From assembly GCA_037379345.1 (NCBI GenBank), contig CM074520.1, forward strand, positions 2,170,001 through 2,234,000: a DNA stretch of 64,000 nt. The letters are read 5' to 3'. The DNA is from Perna viridis (Eukaryota). The stretch's first letter is position 1; each line of letters opens with the position of its first letter. Shown here one piece after another: positions 12,882-22,522 of the stretch. The translations under genes and the position numbers were made by a program. The notes beneath the pieces are model-generated. The model was given only the letters and a program-made list of their open reading frames with translations. It was not told where the DNA came from and did no database searches.

Positions 12882-13027
12882 TGAATCCCAGAACACAAAC
12901 ACCAGTTATGATGTACTGTCATGAGAAACTGAATCCCAGAACACAAACACCAGTTATGAGGTACTGTCATAAGAAACTGAATCCCAGAACACAAACACCA
13001 GTTATGAGGTACTTGTCATGAGAAACT
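12882..13027. repeat. Tandem repeat, 48-bp unit x3
   Basis: tgaatcccagaacacaaacaccagttatga(t/g)gtactgtcat(g/a)agaaac in three nearly identical copies. Confidence 0.92.
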
Positions 13028-13795
13028 AGTACTTCTAAAGATGACATTGCATTTTTTCATGGGCTGCTAATATTTGAAGTTTATGGAGCATAAAATTACA
13101 AAAAGTTGTTAAATCCATCAAAGGAAGTGTTTAATTGAACCCTGATACAATCATACCCCAAAGGATCACAATATGATTAAACCTTCTCTTATAGTTATTA
13201 TTTTTTTTAAAGGACCTGGTCTTGTTGATATGTTATAATGAGAATTACACAGGTAAACATGGATAAGATGTATACTGTAATATGAATCTGGTTGGATAGC
13301 ATGACATAGATTTAAAATATTTCAAAACATTTAATGCATCTGGCATTCAATAACAAAGTATCATAACGTGTATAAATATACAACAAAATAAACTTTCATC
13401 GGCGCCACGCATTTTACAAGTGGCTTACATGTATTTGGTCCATTCTGCATTTTTTCTCAGTGAGAGCAGGCAACAAGTTATCCAGATGGAAAAATCCAAA
13501 AACCAAGTGTAAACTTGTGCTATGGTAAGTTTCTGCCAAAACTGTTTTGTTATGGTCCTTTGGGAAACATGGCACTGTTAAACATGACTGGACTTCCTGA
13601 GTTTAGTCACTTTGGCACTATAGAAACCATATGATGAGCTCTAAAATGAAAAATGGCAATGTAAAAAATAGTTGAAGTATCTCATACACAGTTGAAAATA
13701 TAGTTCAGGTGGCAGCGGTGGGTTGAATAAAGAAATTATAATTGACTAACAGGTGTATTATATACCACAATTTTCTATGTCGAAAGATAAAATGA

Positions 13796-14321
13796 TGTTT
13801 GTTTGTTTGTTTGTTGTTGGGGTTTAACGTCCGAGCAGCAATATTTCAGCAATATTCAGACGATGAACATGAAATTGATGATAAAATGAACATGAAATGA
13901 TGATGAAATGAAAAAGGGATGGGACACAAGAACAATGGGGTCGACAAATTTTGATTGCCACTGGAAATAGGGAGAGGGGGGTAGGGTCAGGCAATTTAGC
14001 CTCCTGTGGCGGAACCCTATGGTTCCTACTCCGGGAGAATACCACAGTGGGGTTCTTTAACGTGAGAGGAACGTGGCATCTTTCCCAACACGGTGCACCA
14101 CTATGATTTGCGGTCAGGTTTTCCGTATTATAGCCTGACAACATCAGCATGTAACACGCCAGGGGTACCCCATTCAACCACCTGGAGCACACATCCCAGT
14201 TGCTCTGTGGGCAAAGCGCCCTATCCCCCGGCTACGGTTCTGAGCACTATTTAGTCGCCTTTTACGACAAGCTTAGCGCTGCTGCAGGCCTATTTTTTTA
14301 ACACCCGGACCTGCACGGGGC
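13796..14321 (-). mobile_element. Full-length non-autonomous retroelement (SINE-like) with a 13-bp TSD and (AAAC)n tail
   Basis: Perfect TSD AAAGATAAAATGA at 13783-13795 and 14322-14334. The minus-strand 3' end is GCTGAAATATTGCT..CGTTAAACCCC(AAAC)n. There is an internal CACGTTAAAGAACCC conserved-SINE-like block. The 5' head is CCCGTGCAGGTCCGGG..GCTTGTCGTAAAAGGCGACTAA, and I see no clear tRNA A/B boxes. Confidence 0.88.
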
Positions 14322-15632
14322 AAAGATAAAATGAGGATCAGTCTTTAATTCACATCCCTAATCCAAGTATTCGTCTAGGATATGCAGAAATATTCACACA
14401 AAATTAGCATTTTAATTATTAAGCACCGTACAAGTTGGCTTTAGCTAAACAGGATAATCTGACGGATAGTACCCGCCTTATAACGATAGTACACTGAACG
14501 ACTTGAACTATTTTGAATATAAATGTATAATGAAAGAGGCTAGAGAGAAATGTAAATTCGTAGTAGATTTGTAATATCATTTCAATTAAAAGCACAGCTA
14601 CCTGTCCTTTCGCACACTAACTTGAATAAGCATATCATTTTCAATATTAAAAATTATCTCATTGGGGGATATGTAATTTGTCATTACGTTCCAATGAACA
14701 ATTTTCCATGCAATTTTATACCGCTTTGTTCGGCGAACCATTAATGTAATAACGATGTTTTTTCTTTCATTTTTTATATAAAAATTTAAAATTTCTCTTA
14801 TTAAGGATTATTATCACCCATATTTAAGGAATGTTGTTAAAAAATAAATGACTTCGAAATGATGAAAAGACACAGAACATTGGATTCCCATCAATTTAAA
14901 GAAGAGGACATTTCAATAAAACATGTTGTGGGAGACGGCTTATCGTAATAATGAAGTTGATAAATCTAAAATAATTAGATTCACATTTTCACTTTTATTG
15001 ACTATTAACACAAACCTGGCGACTGTTTTGGATATCTAGACAATTTCACAACTTTATCGGCTAAAAGTATTATATTGACTGCAAAAAACTATTACTACAT
15101 TAAACAATTATACCCAAGTAAGGCGCATTCAACGTATTTCTTAATTTACAGTAACGCTTTGGATATTTTGAAGAACTATCAATCAGCATATTTGCCTCGT
15201 TTTCGTGTCTATTGCCCAGATGATTCCTAAGGTTGACGTACTTCAAAAGACAATCTATCTCATACCTACGTGGGGTCTGGGAGTAAGCCAGATGGGCGTC
15301 ATGCTTTTTCGCTAATTTTTGAAATATTCACTCTTTCGTTTGCGCCATTTGCGGCATTACGTAAAGATTGTCAAACGTTTGGAAAATGGTGATAAATTGT
15401 ATATGTGTCAAAAAACCTTGCAAATTCAGAATATTAACAGTTGCTGATGAAAAAAACAGTCGATAAAATTCTGAATGAGCACAATCATGGTGTCCTACTT
15501 TTCAATATTCAAAATAATTTATTTAAGGAAATATGGTATGTGGCGCAATTAAAATCTTAATTAGTGCAAAGTAGTGCATCGAGCCAGAGCGTAAACGCTG
15601 CAGCCAAGTCACTAGTAGGACATACCCTGACA

Positions 15633-15829
15633 ACAGGGGCTTGCTCCTACGTTCAAATTTACTGCCCGACTAGATACTAACACGACACGAAGAGAGTGAT
15701 CCCAGATTGGGGGAGGGATCCCTCGCGTCAACTTATTATTTTTTTCAAATAAACATATACCCCAATCTAGGATCACCCTTTTCTATAACTAGTCGGGTTG
15801 CTTATTTGATAGTGGTAGCAAACCCCTGT
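15633..15829 (-). other. Long imperfect stem-loop in the presumed protocadherin 3' UTR
   Basis: Nested inverted repeats 15633-15645/15817-15829, tcaaat/atttga, 15665-15673/15789-15797 and 15696-15712/15760-15776, starting about 175 nt after the stop codon. Confidence 0.75.
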
Positions 15830-16004
15830 GCTCTCACCAAGCTCCTCTGTTAGTTATCCCGGAGGCTGGGCTATGCCACCAATAACCATTGGTTTTACGA
15901 TCATTAACACCGACCATGCGATACCATAAAAGGTAATTAAAAACACCGATCATCATCTTACAATCAATGCATAAGAATATCAATATAATTTACCTTATTT
16001 GTGG

Positions 16005-16339
16005 TCATACTACACAGTCCTGTGGAGTATAATCTAAATCTAAATCCTGCTCATCCACAACATAGCTACCGGAAGTTGTTGTGTCGTCATCATAATCGTC
16101 TATCGTTCCCATACTTCCGTTTAAAACATCACTTACTGAGTTCCAAGCCATATTAGCTTTATATGGCGGACCGTTAGAAATATGATTGAATTGTCTTTTA
16201 TGAGGATTTTGCATGTTAATATAGCTATGATGGTGTTGTCGATGGCGACCTTTTAAATGTGGTAACTGTTCTATATTTTTCTTAGTCAATAATGGTCGGC
16301 CAGGAGAGTTAACTGGCGAATATCTGCTTTTAATATAAT
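16005..16339 (-). CDS. Protocadherin coding exon 4 (last)
   Basis: Acceptor ttcttttttttcag|AT. Phase 1 joins exon 3 to give D-YIKSRYSPVNSPGRPLLTKKNIEQ...DDDTTTSGSYVVDEQDLDLDYTPQDCVV* (same frame as ORF 16005..16289). Confidence 0.88.
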
Positions 16340-16565
16340 CTGAAAAAAAAAGAAATATATATTTTTAAGTGAACAGGTCATAGAAAATATGACTGCCTTC
16401 AAGTATGAGCAATTATTAAGTTTTCCTTAAGTTTACAGTAGCCTTTACTAACATAACATTGACACTTCAGAATTATACTTTAAGATTATGGATCAACGAC
16501 TGGCCCAACTAACTGCAATATTTTTCACAGGTCACTGTTTTCGTAATCATTTCATACATACATAC

Positions 16566-16686
16566 CTAAATCTACACTTTGATTGAACCCACTACTGTGG
16601 ATATCACTCTCACTTCCGCCTCGGCCGCTATCATTTGTTTCTCCCGATGTCTCGCTGTGGTTATCTTCGTGTTTTCTATGGAAATG
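16566..16686 (-). CDS. Protocadherin coding exon 3 (CM1-like motif)
   Basis: Acceptor atttctgtctgcag|, donor TAG|gtatgt. 121 nt, phase 0-1, encoding HFHRKHEDNHSETSGETNDSGRGGSESDIHSSGFNQSVDL. Confidence 0.9.
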
Positions 16687-16973
16687 CTGCAGACAGAAAT
16701 ACAAAATGTGTTAATGGATATGAATGGGTAAGCAGAAAAATAATGGCTAATACAAATGTATAAGATCATTTGAACAGAAAATATCAATATGCTTGTTGAC
16801 CTTGACCCTATTTGATATTGCTGTTTTACTTGAGCAATTATAATCTCTTAAGTCGTCTGTGGGAAAATTGGGGTCAAAATGAGAAATTAGGAAATAAAAG
16901 ATCTTTCAAAAAATTGAGAGTAGAGAAAATTGAGAATCCAAGTATTTGTTATAACACTGGTTTTTTTTTTTAC

Positions 16974-17132
16974 CTGTTGGTTTGGTAAAGGAAGGGACTG
17001 TAGATTGGTTTGGTGGAGCTGCAGCCTGGACATCTGGATGTTTTGTAAGGATGAATTTGATTGATTGGTACCATTCCCGGAATTTAACGACCTGCCGAAG
17101 GAGGAGTATGGGTTTTTCTTACAGTCAACAAT
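16974..17132 (-). CDS. Protocadherin coding exon 2 (WIRS motif)
   Basis: Acceptor ttcattatttcag|, donor CAG|gtaaaa. 159 nt, phase 0-0, encoding IVDCKKNPYSSFGRSLNSGNGTNQSNSSLQNIQMSRLQLHQTNLQSLPLPNQQ. Confidence 0.9.
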
Positions 17133-18550
17133 CTGAAATAATGAATTTCGAGGTTTACAAGCAAGCAAGATGTCTAATTAAAATATTCTAAAGATTTGTC
17201 CTCTCAGATTAAAATGACATTTGATAATTTTGCAAGAGATATACCAATACTCCTTAACTTCCTAATCATATAACAAATATCTACAAACATTTCATCTAGA
17301 AAGTACCTATTATAAAAATTACACAGTAAATATTTACAAATTATCTACTCGAAGATAAAATAAAAAGATGAAATAGTTAAAATTAATATACTGGGCAGGA
17401 CCTCCTTTCCCAGCATTGTTTTCTGTTCGATTTATAACTGGTTCAGGAATTTGGGAAACTCAATCATTATTATAGATTTTAATGGCGGTATTCAATATTT
17501 GTTTTATCTTCCTTAGTAAACACTTTGATCGTGTCATTTTCTTTCGAGATATTGACAGCCACAATCTCTTAATTGAGATCCTGACATGGGATTAAGGGGG
17601 AATATTTTGATTTATAGACACAGGTCTTAAAAGGGGAAAGTGAAGTGGATTTCAATACACTAACATGCTCAAATGCTTAACATGCCACGCTGAAGCACCA
17701 TACGAGAATGAAAATAGAAAAAAAGTGGACTTTAATATAATTTATGACATTTTTTGTCATTAGATTGATTTTTGTAATTGTTTTTTTTTCACTTTAATCT
17801 GTTCCTTTTTACTTAACTTAATAAGTCGTGTAAAATTCTATTTCAATTTTAAAACTATATAAATACTGCATTCAAACATTTATATGCGTGATATCTATAT
17901 AACTAATAGTTTTCAGATCTATGATATTTTGTAGTTTCGAGTTCTTTAGTGATAAATAGTAAACAGATTTAACTGAAATCCGAGATGAAATCGGATTTTA
18001 CATTTGTTTTCAACATTATAGACCTTAATACATATGCATTCTTAAGTTTCATAATCGATTTAAGAATTTCTTTAGAATAAAACAGAAAACATCAATATCG
18101 TCGAATGTTCCTTCGATTTTTTTCTCTAAAATTCTAAGGATTATTTAACTGTGAAAGCGAGATTATGCAGTTACTGTGAAAAGTTTGCTTCTGAGACAGT
18201 AATTAAATTTGTGTTAAATCAATGATGATCGAATTTAGACTTTTGCCTGATTAAAGAAGGAAATGGAAATATCTTGCAAAAACTTTGGAAATATTCAGGC
18301 ATAAAAAGAAATTTAAATGATTATCGATTAAGTAATAATAACTAACAATAAAAATATTAGGTTTTTTTCCTACGGATATTTGTACAGACAACAACTGAGA
18401 CAAGATCGTCTTTGACAAAGGGAGATAATGCGACAAATCTTCCGTAACCTCGGGTGTGAAGATAGTCACTTTTCGGTGTAACAGCTTGTAAAAAGATTAT
18501 ATCTGTGAAAGAATCTAGAAAGTATTGAGTTAAAACTGATAAATGTTTTG

Positions 18551-18651
18551 TCAATCTAATCGTGTTTCTCTTAAGATCGTTTGTTGGTATGAGAATGGAC
18601 ATTGAAAGAAGACATCATTGTGTTGATCCCTGGTCAAATGAAATAGTTCAA
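18551..18651 (-). CDS. Candidate alternative last coding exon of the protocadherin
   Basis: Acceptor ctgattgtttcattataaactttacatttcag|. Open only in phase 1, giving ELFHLTRDQHNDVFFQCPFSYQQTILRETRLD*. That is the phase left by the 31-nt microexon. Confidence 0.45.
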
Positions 18652-20870
18652 CTGAAATGTAAAGTTTATAATGAAACAATCAGAAACAAAAGATCATGTT
18701 TGAATTTCAGCCTTTTCTTCCATGCTACGGTTATAAGCCAGTCGACATTTTTAATTACCAGCACATGTACAAATTTCGTGTTTACTTTAGAGAAAACTAC
18801 CGTAAACCTTAAATTGGTTTGCGTTTAAAGAGTTTCGTGACAAATATGGGAAAGTAGTTTACACTTCGTTAATACAAACGCTGTTATCAATTCAATACAT
18901 ATTTTGTTCTTATAATTTTCACTAAGACACCTTCAAATGAATGTTTTATCAAAACTTAGTTTAGCCTGTTGGCACTTCATCCGTAAAAATGATTTCAAAA
19001 TATTTAATATTTAGTCTGAATCATTTTTTCCAAAGCATTCATGTGTACATGTTTTTTGTAATGATTTCAAATAAAACCATTTTGTATTGAACTTTTCTTT
19101 TCAAGTGGGAAGCTTCATTAAAAACTGTAAATAGAACTGTATTCTAAGGAAGACTTAACGCTATTCAGACTCCTTCAAGCAGCCATGTTAACTTTAAATA
19201 TCATATAAACTATTCAGACTAAGTTTATAATACATTTTCAGAAAATTGAAAGTATTTGAATATATTATTTACAAGAGCATCTGTAATTTTGTGTTAGATG
19301 CATTATTCTTTTTTTTTCTGCATAAATATATGAACATTACATTTACAAATTTATACTATCAGTAATTTTACTCCAGCATTTTAATACAAATATTCCACTT
19401 CCTTACTCTCAACATTGTTGCTTTTTTCTCTTTGCCAAAAGGCCATTCTTTTAGTTATATGAAACAAATCAAACTCATTTGTCAACTAGATGCGAAAACC
19501 ATGATAAAGGTAACTGCTGGTGGGGAAGTCACAGACAGAACTATATTTGACCATGCATACTGTACCTAATGAACGAATGGCCAATAGCTTGTTAGGATAA
19601 CAGGTCCAAGTAGAGAAAAAAAATCGTATTTTAATTTTTAAATGACACCATTACCGTTGAACAATTCAGCTTCAAATACAGAAAACGTTCAAACTGTTCA
19701 ATTTCACCTTATATCATGATAAAAGGCAATCATGTACTTTTTGATGGACATATTCACTTCATAAATCGTTCAATTTTCCTTCAAATGGTGTGTTTTGTTA
19801 GCACTTAATAAAATTCCATAACAATAAAGCCAAGTGCAAAGTCATACTAATAGTAGAAACATCAGTTCATCCGTGACTACACTGTGTTCTTTCATCTTTG
19901 CCTGAACCCAAAATCATTATAGAACGCATTCTAATTTATGAAATTAGCTTTGAAGTCGGGTCATTATGGGCTGTATATAACCTTCTCAATGCCGTCTGTT
20001 GATTTTTTCATTAATATGAAGAGAAAAAGAATGACTTTTCCTGGCAGAATCGATCTGTCTTCTCGGAATACGCCAAACAAATAACCGCTCAAATAACTAT
20101 CAACCGGGTAGAAAGCATGCCAAGTGTTTTAAAATTTATTTCTTTATAGCTTTATAGTTAATAACTAAATATGTCGGGTTAATTACTTTATGGTTAAGGT
20201 CACTCCATCTTTACCTGTTTAGATTGTAAATGGTTTGACGCTAAATGGAAATAAAAATCAAATAAAGTGAAATATAGTAACTTTGTCGTTAATATGAATA
20301 TTTCATCAGATTTTATCTGAAATGAAATAAACTTTTCGTATTTTTCACATTAAAGTTGGTAAGAAATGCTCGGAAGACTACGCTATATAGAAATTAGCTA
20401 TTTTAGAGTCCGTCGAACTGGCTCGAAATATAAATGCCCCTTATGGATGACATGTTCTTGGCGGGTGACAAGATACCAAAAGATGGTTTGATAAAGAAAG
20501 TACAAGACCGCTAGTATAACATTAAAATAACAAAAAAAGTCGTTTTCCAAAGCTTAAAGAGAATTTTTTTTGTAATATTCAAAAACTGCTCCAAATACCC
20601 TCGTTCCCATAACTGCTGCTAAAAGGGGTCACCTTTCAAGCTTTAAAATGGGACTGACTAAAGAGGGCAAGACTCAACGGAACGCTTTATAGGAGGGAGG
20701 GAAGGGGAATCAAGCAGTATACGAATCGGCATTGGTGGCATTCAGAGATCCTATATAAACTACCCGGGAGGAAGATATAACGAGATCGTGGGTACAACTG
20801 TCCGAAACGGAAGTGGAAACACAAAGTCATGCAGGGACGTGACAAAAATGGACCACACCAACTAACTTAC

Positions 20871-20901
20871 ATATTTCCGTTCTACGGATAACGTGTTTAG
20901 C
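20871..20901 (-). CDS. Candidate 31-nt alternative microexon of the protocadherin
   Basis: ctcatatcttttacag|GCTAAACACGTTATCCGTAGAACGGAAATAT|gtaagt. Phase 0 in, reads AKHVIRRTEI plus 1 nt. TGCATG lies at 20833-20828 in the downstream intron. Confidence 0.55.
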
Positions 20902-21964
20902 CTGTAAAAGATATGAGGGTGGTGTAACTATTGAAATATGTACAAGTTCTTATTAATAAGGAATCATTTCGCTTAGTATTACATGCTTTTAAAACGAAGC
21001 CGTTTTCCCTTTCACTTAGATTACAGTTTGGTATCCAACTTTTTCACTTCTTGAAATGCCAATTTGTCTGCTGTTTTCATGCAAGATGAGACTGATGTTT
21101 ATTAGCAACGACATGGGTCATTTATATCCTAGAAAACTCTGAATTTCATCTTTTTGTTTAACATTTCTACTGAAAATATTGAATATTGCGTAATGATCAT
21201 GTAATTAGATTCGTCATTGAAACGGAACGGTCAGGCTATATGGTTAATATGTATTCCACGCCAAAAAAATAAAACAACTTATTTAGTTTTTAATTAGAAA
21301 AATGAGTGGTAAAACTAGACCTAAGTAATTATATCTCTGAAGTCTACAGTCCACCTCTAGCTAAACCCTATATTTATATGTTGATACCCCTTAATTCTCC
21401 TACTACTGTTTTGATCATTAGTAGAAAATATGATTATCGAACCTTTCTCTTTTCAAAACTGAAAGTACAAAATAATGTACTATGAATGTTGCTGTTGAAC
21501 TAAATAACTTCTATGTTTCTGTACGAGAACGAAAGGAATTTATTATTCATAAAGCTGTAGATTTAGACACACTGCTTATTAAAGCCAAGCTCTCCGTTTA
21601 AGCGTGCAGAAATTATTTTAATTAGCAATATGCTGATGTTACTAGCAGTAGTTCGAGCATTTGACATTAATTATATTTGTTAACAGAAAAAAATTATTTT
21701 GAATGACGGATATTAGATAATTTAGTAGTAGTAATTTTTCCACATGCCCCAAATTCTGACAGATAAAGGAATCGGTATACAAAGTAAAAGACATGAGAAA
21801 TGTGGGGTATTAGTTTAAATTATGGTACATGTTTACACGTATATGTAAGGGTTAAGACCCTTTTTTGCCACGTACCTCTGTGCTCCCCCTATACCTGTAA
21901 GAAATTGATATTTCGATAAAAACCCAGAACTGATATAGTATTACTTACTGACCACGAGTTTTTA

Positions 21965-22078
21965 TGTAAGAATGAGGTAGAAAAGTATAGTTTGTAAGAA
22001 TGGGGTAGAAAAGCATAGTTTGTAAGAATGAGGCGGAAAAGTATAGTTTGTAAGAATGGGGTAGAAAAGCATAGTTTG
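21965..22078. repeat. Minisatellite, 28-bp unit x4 arranged as an A-B dimer x2
   Basis: tttgtaagaatg(a/g)gg(t/c)(a/g)gaaaag(t/c)atag, with the variants alternating. Confidence 0.9.
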
Positions 22079-22396
22079 GGGTGAAGTGACTGCTTATTGG
22101 AAATCAGACTTGGCTTCTAGGACCTTTATGTAACCATTCGCGATGATTTTGTTCTCCATTTATATGCAAGTTTATTATGAAAATTGAACTGAAATAATTT
22201 ACAAATTAAATTACGACGTTTGGGAGGGGATTTCAAAAGTCCGCAAGTGGATCCAGCAATGTGGGATGAGGCGTTCTAGGCAAAGGGGTTCAGGCTATTT
22301 TTGCTCATGTTTGCCTGAATCTTACACAAAATCAACATCCATTATCCGAAAAAGACCCAAGAAAACCCTCTCCTAGACTCGGCAATGGCTACATAC

Positions 22397-22522
22397 AAGA
22401 GTAATCAAGGGAACCAAGGTTATAGCGGTAATCAAAAGAATGTTATCCAGGGACAAAGACCAGACATGGAAAACAGACATACACAACAAAGAACTTAAAG
22501 CAACTGAAATCATACATACAAG
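22397..22522 (-). mobile_element. Short 3'-end copy of the Naiad element, inside the protocadherin intron
   Basis: The reverse complement aligns closely with 11144-11269 (cttgtatgtatgattt...gtctttgtccctgga...ttaccgctataaccttggttc...ttactctt). Confidence 0.9.

Noticed and set aside
13824-14192. 122-aa ORF inside the SINE-like element
   Set aside because: No recognisable protein features; explained by the higher GC content of a non-coding element.
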